From the NCBI GenBank assembly GCA_963729715.1, contig CAVSPA010000004.1, positions 288,001 through 352,000 on the forward strand: a DNA stretch of 64,000 nt, in the 5' to 3' direction. The notes beneath the pieces are model-generated. The model was given only the letters and a program-made list of their open reading frames with translations. It was not told the origin of the DNA and ran no database searches. Source of the stretch: an uncultured delta proteobacterium. GTDB taxonomy: Bacteria > Desulfobacterota > Syntrophia > Syntrophales > UBA2185. A program made the position numbers and the translations under genes. Below are positions 20,371 to 31,049 of this stretch, in pieces; position 1 is the first letter of the stretch; each line of letters begins with the position of its first letter.

Positions 20371-21544
20371 TAAGAAAGGACACTTCGGAATCTTCGGCGG
20401 CCGCTATGTAGCGGAAACTCTTATGCCTGCTCTCATACAGCTTGAGGAGGTCTATAAGGCAGCGAGAAAAGACAGACAGTTCAGGGACGAAATCGCCTAT
20501 TACCTTAGTGAATACGCAGGCAGGGAGACCCCGCTCTATTATGCAAAACGTCTCACGGAAGAGCTGGGTGGGGCAAGGATTTACCTCAAGCGCGAGGACC
20601 TCAGTCATACGGGCTCGCACAAGATAAACAATACTCTCGGCCAGGGACTTCTTGCGAGGCGTATGGGCAAAAAGAGGGTCATCGCGGAGACAGGCGCCGG
20701 TCAGCATGGCGTAGCCACGGCGACGGTGGCGGCTCTTTTCGGCATGGAATGCATGATCTTTATGGGAGAGGAGGATATCAGACGGCAGGCCCCCAATGTA
20801 TTTCGTATGAAAATACTCGGCGCCGAGGTCGTGCCTGTGTCATCGGGAACGGCGACCCTCAAAGACGCCATGAATGAGGCGATGCGGCACTGGGTGGCTA
20901 GGGTAAGGGATACCTTCTATGTGATAGGCACTACGGCAGGGCCTCATCCTTACCCGATGATGGTCCGTGAATTTCAAAGTGTCATCGGGAAGGAGACAAA
21001 AAGGCAGATCATGAAGATTGAAGGCCGGCTTCCCGACGTCCTGATTGCCTGCATAGGCGGCGGCAGCAATGCCATGGGACTCTTCTATCCCTTTAAAGAC
21101 GCGACCAATGTTGAGATGATAGGAGTAGAAGCGGCGGGAAAGGGCATTACGACACGATACCATGCGGCAAGCATATCCGCCGGTAGCATCGGCGTCCTTC
21201 ATGGCAACAAGACCTACCTTCTTCAGGATGCAAATGGCCAGATTCGGGATGCCTACTCCATTGCCGCGGGACTCGACTATCCCGGAGTCGGCCCCGAGCA
21301 CGGCCATTTCCGCGATACAGGAAGGGCAACTTACGTGAGCGCTGACGACGATGAGGCAATCGCGGCCTTTATGCTCGTCTCCAGACTGGAAGGCATTATC
21401 CCCGCCATGGAGAGCGCCCACGCATTGGCGCACGCTTTTAAGCTCGCCCCCGCACTCGGCAAGAATAAGATCATCGTTGTGAACCTCTCCGGTAGGGGAG
21501 ATAAGGATGCGGAGATAATCTCACAGATCATCGACAAAAAATAG
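20351..21544 (+). CDS. trpB: Tryptophan synthase beta
   Basis: [39 protein letters not shown]. Confidence 0.97.
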   Translation: MHKSLPDKKGHFGIFGGRYVAETLMPALIQLEEVYKAARKDRQFRDEIAYYLSEYAGRETPLYYAKRLTEELGGARIYLKREDLSHTGSHKINNTLGQGLLARRMGKKRVIAETGAGQHGVATATVAALFGMECMIFMGEEDIRRQAPNVFRMKILGAEVVPVSSGTATLKDAMNEAMRHWVARVRDTFYVIGTTAGPHPYPMMVREFQSVIGKETKRQIMKIEGRLPDVLIACIGGGSNAMGLFYPFKDATNVEMIGVEAAGKGITTRYHAASISAGSIGVLHGNKTYLLQDANGQIRDAYSIAAGLDYPGVGPEHGHFRDTGRATYVSADDDEAIAAFMLVSRLEGIIPAMESAHALAHAFKLAPALGKNKIIVVNLSGRGDKDAEIISQIIDKK

Positions 21545-21570
21545 TTCGTTCAAAATGGGGAGATGCTATT

Positions 21571-22368
21571 ATGACACGAAGAATCGAACGAAAGTTCCGA
21601 GACCTCAAGCAAAAAAAGGAGAAGGGGCTGGTTGTATATCTCACGGCCGGGGATCCCGACATGCAGACTACCCGCGGCCTTATACTCGCTCTTGAAGAAT
21701 CGGGTGTGGACATCATCGAAATCGGCGTTCCCTTTTCCGATCCAACTGCGGACGGCCCAGTGATCCAGGCTGCTTCGCAGAGGTCTCTCGATAAGGGAAC
21801 AACGCTCACCTGCATCCTTGATATGATAGAATCCCTAAGAACAGTCAGTGAGATTCCCGTTGTCCTCTTCGGTTATTATAATCCCATTTATTCGTTCGGC
21901 AATGAACGATTCGCGGCAAGGGCGAAGCGGGCGGGTGTGGACGGCATTCTTGTCATTGATCTGCCGCCGGAGGAATCGCATGAACTGAGGCGACACACTG
22001 ACCGGGCGGGTCTCGATTTCATTTCTCTCATCGCGCCCACAACCAGCGACAATCGCATCGCAGGAATTGCAGACAGTGCGTCCGGGTTTCTCTACTATAT
22101 CTCCATTACGGGAGTTACAGGAACGGCGCAGCCCCTGATGCAGAATATTGGAGTCGACGTAGAGCGCATCCGCAAAATAAGCGTCCTGCCCCTCGTGATC
22201 GGCTTCGGTATTTCAGTACCGCTGCAGGCCGCAGAGATCGCCTCCTGCGCTGATGGCGTCGTTATCGGGAGCGCTTTTGTGCGTCTCATTGAGGAATACG
22301 GCACCAAAGACGGCCTGATGCGTGTCGCATCGTCCTTCGTAAGGGATATCAAAAAAGCGCTTTCATAG
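21571..22368 (+). CDS. trpA: Tryptophan synthase alpha
   Basis: [30 protein letters not shown]. Confidence 0.97.
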   Translation: MTRRIERKFRDLKQKKEKGLVVYLTAGDPDMQTTRGLILALEESGVDIIEIGVPFSDPTADGPVIQAASQRSLDKGTTLTCILDMIESLRTVSEIPVVLFGYYNPIYSFGNERFAARAKRAGVDGILVIDLPPEESHELRRHTDRAGLDFISLIAPTTSDNRIAGIADSASGFLYYISITGVTGTAQPLMQNIGVDVERIRKISVLPLVIGFGISVPLQAAEIASCADGVVIGSAFVRLIEEYGTKDGLMRVASSFVRDIKKALS

Positions 22369-22390
22369 GCGAGGACGCTCGCTTAAACAC

Positions 22391-22693
22391 TCAAGAAGCG
22401 CCGGCGCTCTTTTTCTCGGTCTGCTCCCTGGCACAGAAATCCAGCGCCTTACTGACCTTCTCTTTACTTTCGTTGTAAAATTCGTTCTAAAATTCCTTGC
22501 CGCGGCTGGCAAACTCATCCATCTTAGTACACGTTTCATCAAGTTGATGCCTGGCTTTGTCCCGCAGTTCCTGAAATGATTTTGCAATTTCCTCACGAGT
22601 TTCTTCTCCGCGTCTTGGGGCGTAGAGTATTCCAAGAGCCGCACCGACGAGACCTCCCACTACAAATCCCTTTATCCAGTCTTCTGCCGCCAT
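22391..22693 (-). pseudogene. YtxH-domain protein interrupted by an in-frame TAG at 22487-22489 (or a truncated product)
   Basis: GFVVGGLVGAALGILYAPRRGEETR YtxH signature; frame continues past TAG as NEFYNESKEKVSKAL... to TGA at 22391. Confidence 0.65.
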
Positions 22694-22795
22694 TTGATCT
22701 TTACCTCCAATCATTAGAATAAGGCCTTAACTGAGGCCATAATTTTTAAAAATAGCGACCTATGCAGCGATTCGCAATCAGGGATGTCCTCACGA

Positions 22796-24111
22796 ATTGC
22801 CTCACATTAAATGTTACCCAAGGTTGTGAATAAAAGAGATCGTTGACTCATAATTCGATGTTACCGAACATCGACTTCCGAAAGGAGGGTAATCGATGAG
22901 TCCACGATCGAAAAAAGAGTACACCAGGGCAATCCATTTACGCTATAAAAATGCTTCCCGCCATGAAAAAACAATTATCCTGAACGAGTTCTGCACAACG
23001 TGCGGATACCATAGGAAACATGCCATACGCCTTCTCAGGAGATTTAAACGCTTCACAAAGCCAAGACCGAAGAAGCGAGGGAAGCCTCCCGTTTATCAAA
23101 ATGAGGAGATTCTGAAGCCCTTAAAACAGATATGGCTGGCAGCGAATCTCCCCTGTTCAAAACGCCTAAAAGCTATTTTACCGCTCTGGCTGCCAAGCTA
23201 TGTCCAACTCTTTGGTAAACTTCCTCCCACGGTTGTTGAAGCCCTGGTGAAAATCTCCCCGGCCACCATAGACAGGCTCCTTCAACCTACCCGTATACAA
23301 TACAAGAAACGTGGCAGATCCACTACAAAGCCAGGGACCCTCCTGAGAAAACAAATCCCTATACAAACAAACCAGTGGGATGAATCAAAACCGGGATTCC
23401 TTGAAGCCGATACCGTAGCCCATTGTGGCGAGTCATTGCTGGGAATGTACGCATATACCATAGACTGCGTGGACATCGCCACCGGATGGACAGAACAAAG
23501 AGCTGTGTGGGGTAAAGGAGAAACAGGTGTCCTTCAACAAATCAAAGACATAGAAAAAACGCTCCCCTTCCCACTCCTTGGCTTCGATTGCGATAACGGA
23601 TCAGAGTTCTTAAATTATCACCTCGTGAGGCATTTTACCCAACGAAAACACCCCGTAAAATTCACCCGCAGCAGACCGTACCACAAAGATGACAACGCAC
23701 ATGTAGAACAGAAGAACTGGACCCATGTGCGTCAATGGCTCGGCTACCAGAGATTAGATAATCCACGGGCCGTACCCCTTCTTAATAACCTCTACCGTAA
23801 CGAATGGAGGCTCTTCCATAACTTCTTCTGCCCCTCCGTGAAACTCATTGCCAAAGAACGTATCGGTTCTAAAACTGTCAAACAACATGACAAACCGAAA
23901 ACACCTTATCAGAGAGTCATGGACTCTCCTCATTTGCCTGAAACAGTAAAACTCTCACTCTCTAAACAACTTGAAAATCTTAACCCCTTTCTGCTAAGAA
24001 AAACCATGGAAACAAAACTTAAAAAAATCTCCTCCCTCTGAGTAACATATATTATGAGTCAACGTTCCTCACATGAAGCTATCCTTCGGTAACATTTATT
24101 TATGAGGCAAT
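22796..24111 (+). mobile_element. Insertion sequence with bipartite terminal inverted repeats
   Basis: Left ATTGCCTCACATTAAATGTTACC (22796-22818) and CGTTGACTCATAATTCGATGTTACC (22841-22865) mirror right GTAACATATATTATGAGTCAACG (24042-24064) and GGTAACATTTATTTATGAGGCAAT (24088-24111). Confidence 0.8.
22896..24041 (+). CDS. DDE integrase-core (rve) transposase; IS family not assigned
   Basis: EADTVAHCG, DCDNGSEF, RSRPYHKDDNAHVEQKN; N-terminal HTH-like region; AAGGAGG RBS. Confidence 0.9.
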   Translation: MSPRSKKEYTRAIHLRYKNASRHEKTIILNEFCTTCGYHRKHAIRLLRRFKRFTKPRPKKRGKPPVYQNEEILKPLKQIWLAANLPCSKRLKAILPLWLPSYVQLFGKLPPTVVEALVKISPATIDRLLQPTRIQYKKRGRSTTKPGTLLRKQIPIQTNQWDESKPGFLEADTVAHCGESLLGMYAYTIDCVDIATGWTEQRAVWGKGETGVLQQIKDIEKTLPFPLLGFDCDNGSEFLNYHLVRHFTQRKHPVKFTRSRPYHKDDNAHVEQKNWTHVRQWLGYQRLDNPRAVPLLNNLYRNEWRLFHNFFCPSVKLIAKERIGSKTVKQHDKPKTPYQRVMDSPHLPETVKLSLSKQLENLNPFLLRKTMETKLKKISSL

Positions 24112-24242
24112 AGGCTCACTTCATGCTTCGAAAATCCTGATCTACAGGTCGCCACTGCGCTTGATATGAACAATGTCCTTGACTGAAATGCTGCTGCGTG
24201 GTTATTAAGCAATCAGATCGAGACAAACACATCAAAGGGTTC

Positions 24243-24848
24243 ATGCGGTATACCATCTTCGACATCCCAATCTTACGCAATGTGCTGCAGGTCCTTGCCA
24301 TAATTGCTCTCTGGATCTTCGGATGGCGGAGAGCAGGCCGGATGCCGGACGCACCCAAATTCGTCACGATAGCCGCTCCCCATACGTCAAACTGGGACTT
24401 ACCCGTGGGACTCGCCATAATCCTGGCATTCAAGGCCAAGATATACTGGCTCGGCAAGGAGCGTATTTTTAAGTGGCCTTTCGCCACCTTTTTCAAATGG
24501 CTGGGAGGTATTCCCGTAAATCGTTCAATATCGGGTGATGTGGTCGCGCAAACCATCCAGGCCTTTAGGGAACAGGAGAGAATGATAATGGTGGTTGCTC
24601 CCGAAGGAACACGGAAGAAGGCCAACCATTGGAAGACCGGATTCTATTACATTGCCACGGGCGCTAATGTCCCTCTTGTGATGGGTTTTATTGATTATGC
24701 GCGAAAGGAGGGAGGTTTCGGCCCAATGCTGATGCCTACCGGGGATATCGAGGCAGATATGGAAAAGATTCGGGCCTTCTATCAGAATATAACGGGCAAG
24801 ATGCCCGGCAAAGCAACCCCTGTAATGATCTCGCCCCGGGACAAGTGA
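24243..24848 (+). CDS. Lysophospholipid acyltransferase (PlsC family)
   Basis: APHTSNWD and APEGTR motifs; start uncertain (24198 or 24243). Confidence 0.88.
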   Translation: MRYTIFDIPILRNVLQVLAIIALWIFGWRRAGRMPDAPKFVTIAAPHTSNWDLPVGLAIILAFKAKIYWLGKERIFKWPFATFFKWLGGIPVNRSISGDVVAQTIQAFREQERMIMVVAPEGTRKKANHWKTGFYYIATGANVPLVMGFIDYARKEGGFGPMLMPTGDIEADMEKIRAFYQNITGKMPGKATPVMISPRDK

Positions 24849-24923
24849 GCGCTGATAATAAAGGCTGGCAGTGTCTCTGCGCATGCGTCTCTTGCAGAGA
24901 GGCAAATATAGACGTCTTATAAT

Positions 24924-25316
24924 TCATTCTCCGTAGACGCCGCTGCAAATGACAAGGTCATCCACCTTTCTGAAATAGGTTGTCTTGGGCCATACTTCTT
25001 TGGTAACCGGGTTATACCATTTGTAAGTTACCCAGCCGCTCCCTTCGCTATTTGCCGCATCGAGAATCTCCCGGATAAAGCTTTTTCCGTCTGCGTCCTT
25101 GAGTTCACTGAAATCCTCTCCGACGAATCTTTCATTCACCCCGTGTGCAAGCATGGTTCCCCTCGGGTTCAAGACGTATATATACATTTCGTCCTGGACG
25201 AACTGTCCGCTCGGATTCGTATATTCAGCCAAGGCGATTCTCTTACCCGATGTCTTATAGAAGGCGGCGGCCTTCTCCACCCAGCGCTTGGCATCCTCTT
25301 TTGACCTCTTGCTCAT
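24924..25316 (-). CDS. Stand-alone single-Cache domain protein
   Basis: YIYV..GTMLAHG..LKDADGK..GSGWVTYKW..PK..Y; no signal or TM segment. Confidence 0.85.
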   Translation of the reverse strand: MSKRSKEDAKRWVEKAAAFYKTSGKRIALAEYTNPSGQFVQDEMYIYVLNPRGTMLAHGVNERFVGEDFSELKDADGKSFIREILDAANSEGSGWVTYKWYNPVTKEVWPKTTYFRKVDDLVICSGVYGE

Positions 25317-25393
25317 GGTGTACCTCCCCTATCAAGCTCTTGCATCAACAAAAAAAATAAATATTCGTAATGAGGCAACGCCTCAAATACTAT

Positions 25394-26560
25394 CTAACCC
25401 TCTTTCAGCCATTGTTTGATGATTTTCGCGCAGTCATCACCGGCATTATCGTACAGGCCGATGATCTTTCTTTCATGAATGGCTCGCTGAACGGAATCTG
25501 ATGCGTGCGCGGCGTTCTGCAGAATATTCTGCCCGTAGTCCGAACGAATAGTACCTGCGGCTGCTTTGGCGGGGTCGGATTCGCCCAATCTACTGCGGAT
25601 CTTCCCTACTGCGCTATATCCCCGATAAAGAAGCGCCAGCGATGGGTTTATGCCGGGCTTTTCGCGATCTTCGGGCGCCACGCTCGCGGGATCAACCCCC
25701 GTCAGATATTGCACGGTCTGGGTAAACTCATATTGGGCATTCGTTTCGTTGATTATGGCCGCCATGGCATTGTATTCTTCATCCGTAATATCAAACCCAA
25801 AGAGACCGCATATCCGTTCTTTTATTTTTTCAGCTATGTGTTTCTTCAGCTTTCGTTTGAATGTGCCTCTCAGGAAGCCATAGAATGCCTCGCCTTGCGC
25901 CGCGCTCATCTGGACAACTCTGGCTCCAACTATCCTGAGGCCTGTCTTTGAAAACATGTCGATCATATTACCGGTATGAACGGAATGCTTGAAAAAATTA
26001 TCCGGCTTCAAAATGACCAGCGTCGTTTCCCCTTCAGCGGAGTCTTCGTAAATACCCGAGTCATTGAATCCGAGCTCTGCAAACAGCTCCAGGTTGTTTT
26101 TTGCATATTTAAGATTCGTGGGCACAAGAACAGCCGGCTCGAAATACCTGATCGTGCCGTCGGGATTGGTTATGAAATCGCAGTAAGTGCCGCGAATCGT
26201 CCCAAGCCTGGCTTCAGATTCTGCTTCCGTCGTGAGTTTTCCGACTACATCGTAGACGCGCTCCACGGCATTATCGCCCTCAAACAAAAGAAACAGACAG
26301 CGGTTAGTCTGACGGTGAATATTTTCACGACGCAGATTCTGATCGATATAATCAACGAGCGCCTTCTCTATCTTGGGTTCGATGCCGAGACTTTTCACCC
26401 GCCGCATGTATTCATCCACAAACTCATCCGATGGCCGCATCATCCTGACGCCCACCAGATCGCAGCCTGAGAACGACATGAGTCTGGCAATGATATTTCC
26501 CGTACGCGACTTCATGAGACTGTATGGCGTTATTAGCACATATGTCAGTTCTGTTGCCAT
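25394..26560 (-). CDS. ndk: Long, two-domain nucleoside diphosphate kinase
   Basis: C-terminal ILKPD, GTIRSDYG, NAAHASDS; N-terminal degenerate NDK copy (GTIRGTY). Confidence 0.8.
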   Translation of the reverse strand: MATELTYVLITPYSLMKSRTGNIIARLMSFSGCDLVGVRMMRPSDEFVDEYMRRVKSLGIEPKIEKALVDYIDQNLRRENIHRQTNRCLFLLFEGDNAVERVYDVVGKLTTEAESEARLGTIRGTYCDFITNPDGTIRYFEPAVLVPTNLKYAKNNLELFAELGFNDSGIYEDSAEGETTLVILKPDNFFKHSVHTGNMIDMFSKTGLRIVGARVVQMSAAQGEAFYGFLRGTFKRKLKKHIAEKIKERICGLFGFDITDEEYNAMAAIINETNAQYEFTQTVQYLTGVDPASVAPEDREKPGINPSLALLYRGYSAVGKIRSRLGESDPAKAAAGTIRSDYGQNILQNAAHASDSVQRAIHERKIIGLYDNAGDDCAKIIKQWLKEG

Positions 26561-26896
26561 TTGTTGTGCCCCTATTCTCCAGCGGTAAGGATACCTATTA
26601 TCTTTAATATCATTTTCACCATTATTTCACAAGAGCACATAAGAAGATTCTCGGCGCTCTAGACATTATTTATGCTTCGTCACTCATCCTCTCTTCCTCG
26701 CAATCGGCAGGCGCACTTTAAGACAATTGACGGTTTACCGATTCAGATAAAAGAATATTGAACCCCACGGTGATCTAAGGTATTTAGTAAACATAAATCG
26801 GTCTTATGATGAATTGCGGAATATCCCTAAGATTAATATAATTCTTTTTTAGAGAATATGAATGTTGCGACTTTCTCAGGAACAGGAGGGATTAAA

Positions 26897-27457
26897 ATGA
26901 AGACAAAATTTAGAGGTAAGATGACTTTGGCCGTATTTATGCTCGGGATTATCGTAAGCGTGCCTCTCCATACAGCTTTTGCTGCCACAGCGAAGGAGAT
27001 CAACACGAGTGTCGATGTGGCTCTCGAGCGTTTTACCAAAGAGGTGAAAGGGGCGAATGAATTTCTCAAGGCAGCCAAGGGTGTTCTTGTCATACCGAAT
27101 GTCATCCAGGCCGGATTAATTATCGGCGGCGAGTATGGTGAAGGCGCCCTCCGGATCGGCGGACAAGCCGTAGATTACTATAATTTAACAACCGCCTCTT
27201 TCGGCTATCAGATAGGGGCCCAGCGAAAGGATGTCGTCCTTATTTTCATGGACGAAACGGCCCTGAAAAAATTCCGCAACAGCGACAACTGGCAGGCCGG
27301 TGTCGACGGCACGGTAACGGTTATGGAATATGGCGCCGAGGGTTCGATAGACACGACAAAATTCAAGCAGCCCATCGTCGCGTTCGTAGTCGGTCAGAAA
27401 GGACTGATGGCGGGCGCCACGATACAAGGCTCGAAATTTACCAAGCTGAAGAAATAG
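26897..27457 (+). CDS. YSC84/SYLF lipid-binding family secreted protein
   Basis: Signal peptide; AKGVLVIP, GGEYGEG, SFGYQIG, KGLMAG; AGGAGG RBS. Confidence 0.88.
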   Translation: MKTKFRGKMTLAVFMLGIIVSVPLHTAFAATAKEINTSVDVALERFTKEVKGANEFLKAAKGVLVIPNVIQAGLIIGGEYGEGALRIGGQAVDYYNLTTASFGYQIGAQRKDVVLIFMDETALKKFRNSDNWQAGVDGTVTVMEYGAEGSIDTTKFKQPIVAFVVGQKGLMAGATIQGSKFTKLKK

Positions 27458-27861
27458 GAATCAGAACTGGTGTTCTCATTGCCGGACTTGTGGGGACCGC
27501 GGCGATTTCGGACATTGCGGCATCCGGCTGTGATCCTCCCCGCAATTAAATATCATGGGCGGTCTGTAAGAATATATATCAGGCTTCGTTCTTGAGAATC
27601 TATTTGAACAGAACGTTGACTTGCATATATTCGATGAGGAGGTAGCGCGTCATGGCGCCCAGTCAATTCACCCGGCTCAATGCCTGCGGTCTCCAGGGAG
27701 AAACTCTCCGACAAGGAAATCAAAGAGATTTAAAAATACATTATCGATTCACTGGCAACGAAGCGATCCTGATCTTTCATTTTTTGATTGTAGAGTTACT
27801 ATAGGATGCGTTTCTTTGGCGTGTCTCCAAGGCAATTATGAAAGGATGCATTCCATCGCTG

Positions 27862-28356
27862 TCAATGGGAGAATATACTTAGGAAAGATTTTTCTTCTGA
27901 CGTCCAGAAGCGCCTCTTGGACTTAAAGGTGATGGATGATTTTATCGTGTCGTAACGATACCTGCTCTTGACGTGGAAATTCATTCCGTCTATCTTGATT
28001 ACAAATATATCAAAACCTTGCTCGAAGGTAACATCTTTTACCTTCTCGTAGGGGATGTGATAAGTCTTTCTCTCCCCGATGAAGGGGTTCTTCTCTATCA
28101 CAAATTCATTTCGAAGAACATAGAGTTTGTCTGTATTAAACCATACACCTCCCCAGAATGTCTTTGCTTCAGTCAGGATAATGTCATAGTTTGGAGTAAA
28201 ATCGACACGCTCAAGGTAATCTTTTTGGGAGAATAAGTGCATTAGAAAGAAAACAACGCCGTTCACAAGCACGATCAGGATAGTGAAAGACAAAATGGTA
28301 CGAGGGGACACCTTGACGCGAACTGAATTATCTCTTCCGGATTTTCGACTGGGCAT
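27862..28356 (-). CDS. Hypothetical single-pass membrane protein
   Basis: One TM segment followed by a beta-rich domain (IPYEKVKDV). Confidence 0.5.
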   Translation of the reverse strand: MPSRKSGRDNSVRVKVSPRTILSFTILIVLVNGVVFFLMHLFSQKDYLERVDFTPNYDIILTEAKTFWGGVWFNTDKLYVLRNEFVIEKNPFIGERKTYHIPYEKVKDVTFEQGFDIFVIKIDGMNFHVKSRYRYDTIKSSITFKSKRRFWTSEEKSFLSIFSH

Positions 28357-28661
28357 TATTCCGGACCTCTGTTCATGGGTTTCATCTGCATTTCACTTGG
28401 CGATGGAGCCAATTGTACCACATGTCCAAGCAAAATATCAAAGTATTGGATGCCGCCCCGCCTGAGCTGCGCTTCATACGTCAAGAAAAATGAATAGGGC
28501 CACTAAGAGAAGCTTGTACAGAAAAGATAAGACTTCATTTTGCATTGCGGACTTTACGAGTTCCAACATGTCCTTCTATTCGGCACGTCCGACGCTATAC
28601 TTTAGAAGTTTGCAGCATGAAGTGGAAAGATATTTCTCTTCACGAATTGGATGGAAGATGA

Positions 28662-29555
28662 CTATTTGAATTCGACTGTAACAGGATTATTTGTTTCGAC
28701 CTTCAATCCATCGACATTTTTGAACAACGCCCTCGTTTCTCCGACGGACAGCGGGTTCGCAACGAGCACCTGCTTGAAGAGTGTGCCAGTAGTCATGAGC
28801 TTACCGATATCCATCTCGACGAGAGTGACGGTTGAGCCATCCCTGTAGGTAGCATTCGTATTTATGATAGTCCCTTCGAACTGGAGGGAGATTTTCACTT
28901 TCATATCCTGAAAAATGTTTTTCATCATCTCCGGCGACTGGGCGGATGCTCCCTTACCTGATTTACCTTCAACAGTTTTGCCGTTATCCGGTGCACCTGA
29001 CTTATCGCCTGACATCACTTTTTGCGCCGGCAGTGTAATGATAAGCTTCGTGGGGAGGCCTTTCGTGAACTTGAACAGCAGATATTCCGCTTTTTACGAA
29101 TCTCTCCTTTCCAGCTTCGTGCCTCGATCCTGATCTACCCTCACCTCGCTGATATCCTGAAAGGCATAAACGGCATTGCAACCGCTGGCTGTATCCGTCT
29201 TGACCGGTTTGGCCGATACAAACGTCACTGTGGCGCCAAAAGTGTCAGCCTGCTTTTCCGTGTCCTTCACCATCTTCGCGATGAGATCATCGCGCGTTTC
29301 CGTCGTCTCTCTCTTGGAGACGCCTTTGGCCGCATCTTTATTATCTTGAGCGCCCTCCTCTTTTCTATGGGCTGCCATTGTGCCTGCAATCGATTCCATA
29401 ATATCGAACATGCTGCTTGATAACAGAAAGGTCTCTTCAATAGTTCCGCTCCCATCCGTCTTTACATGAATGACAATCGTGTCCTGAATACAACCGGATA
29501 TGGATAAAATCATCAGCATGGGAATCCCTGCATAAAAAAAACGTTTCATGAGCAT
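28662..29555 (-). pseudogene. Hypothetical lipoprotein with in-frame TAA at 29094-29096
   Basis: Lipobox ISGC; VKTDGSGT; ORFs 29094-29555 and 28662-29018 share a frame and the intervening sequence reads through (KAEYLLFKFTKG). Confidence 0.7.
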
Positions 29556-29712
29556 CTCCTCTTCCCGGAATCGATATAACGCCGGATAACTTCTTCGACG
29601 ATAACCATGCCGGCAAATATTTTCTCATCTCCGCATCACCCATTATTCCGCTAAACAGGTGATATCTTTATCGCTGTAATTAAACGCTCTCCAACTCTCT
29701 GAATTTAATCCC

Positions 29713-29741
29713 TTGACAAATCGGACGCAAAGCCGTATGTT
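29713..29741 (+). promoter_or_regulatory. sigma70 promoter of ychF
   Basis: TTGACA-17 nt-TATGTT. Confidence 0.6.
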
Positions 29742-29785
29742 TCACGCATTTTGCAGAACCATATATAAGGAGAAAGAGACATCGT

Positions 29786-30853
29786 ATGAAAATGGGAATC
29801 ATAGGTTTGCCTAATTCCGGCAAGACCACAATCTTTAATGCCCTCACGAAAATGGAGGCGAACGTCAGTACTTACTCAGATGCAAAGGCGGAACCCAATG
29901 TGGCCGTCGTTTCGGTCGACGACGATCGGCTCCATAGCCTCAGCGATATGTATAAACCGAAGAAGACTACCGGCGCCACGATTGAAATGATCGATTTTCC
30001 CGGACTCAAGGAAGGTGCCGCCAAGAACGGCCTTTTTACCGGCAGCTCCATGGGATGGATCAAGAGTATCGACGCCCTAGCCCTGGTTGTCCGTAACTTT
30101 TATAATGATTTAAATGGCGATCCGAGACCGCTTCGTGATATTGACGAGATCGCGACGGAGCTTCTGCTCGCCGATCTAATACTTCTCGAAAACAGGCTTG
30201 AGAAAATTGCCTGGTACCAGAAGCGGGGGCAAAAAACCAATGCCCTTGCTCTCGAAGAAAAAGCCCTCCAAAACATTGCAGAGCACCTCAACAACAATGA
30301 ACCCATACGGAACATCGATCTCGATGAGGACGAGGAAACTATAATACGCGGATTTCAATTTCTCACGAAGAAGCCGATCCTTCTTATTCTGAATTCGGAT
30401 GAGGCGGTCTTCGGGCGCAATGAGAATCTAACCACCGAAATCGAAGCAGGCTACAACGTCATTGAATTCGCCGGTCGCTTCGAAATGGAATTATCCCGCC
30501 TCAATGATGAAGAAGCTAAAATCTTCATGCAAGATATGGGCATAAGAAAGTCGGCACGCGAGAGATTGACGCAATTCGCCTACAAGACGCTCGGCTACGT
30601 GAGCTTTTTCACCGTCGGCGAGGATGAAGTCCGGGCATGGAGTATCTGCGGCGGAGATACGGCGGTGAATGCAGCCGGCGCCATCCATACCGATCTCGCA
30701 CGCGGATTTATCCGTGCCGAGTGCTTTACCTATGACGAATTAATCGAATGCGGATCGGAAAAGCGAGTGCGCGAGAACGGTCACTTCCGACTCGAAGGAA
30801 AAGATTACATCGTCCGGGACGGCGACATCCTCAGTATTCGCTTCAGCGTTTGA
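29786..30853 (+). CDS. ychF: Obg-like ATPase YchF
   Basis: GIIGLPNSGKTT, FFTVGEDEVRAW, IHTDLARGFIRAE, EGKDYIVRDGD. Confidence 0.93.
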   Translation: MKMGIIGLPNSGKTTIFNALTKMEANVSTYSDAKAEPNVAVVSVDDDRLHSLSDMYKPKKTTGATIEMIDFPGLKEGAAKNGLFTGSSMGWIKSIDALALVVRNFYNDLNGDPRPLRDIDEIATELLLADLILLENRLEKIAWYQKRGQKTNALALEEKALQNIAEHLNNNEPIRNIDLDEDEETIIRGFQFLTKKPILLILNSDEAVFGRNENLTTEIEAGYNVIEFAGRFEMELSRLNDEEAKIFMQDMGIRKSARERLTQFAYKTLGYVSFFTVGEDEVRAWSICGGDTAVNAAGAIHTDLARGFIRAECFTYDELIECGSEKRVRENGHFRLEGKDYIVRDGDILSIRFSV

Positions 30854-31049
30854 TAAAGCAACACCGGGACGGAAGGCACGTCGTTAACGAGTCCACCTAC
30901 CTATACGTGAGTGGCATCAAGATATCAATATTCAGCATTTCCCTTTGAAAGCTTGAATCTTTCAAAGAGGCGATATGCCAGCTTAGTCCAGAGGACAAAA
31001 TTAAAATCCGGACTCGTTTTTCGAGAGGCAGGTTTAGTAGGAATCTTGC

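Noticed and set aside
24042..24111. dif/Xer-like appearance of the AT-rich IS ends
   Set aside because: No proper XerD arm (TTATGTTAAAT); the motifs are mirrored at the other IS end
25359..25386. ATGAGGCAACG resembling the IS end motif (possible composite transposon)
   Set aside because: Lacks GTAACAT and the second unit; TGAGGC-AAC-GCCTCA is explained as a hairpin downstream of ndk
27470..27860. Possible ncRNA or ORF 27621-27926
   Set aside because: No recognisable motif, RBS or convincing structure
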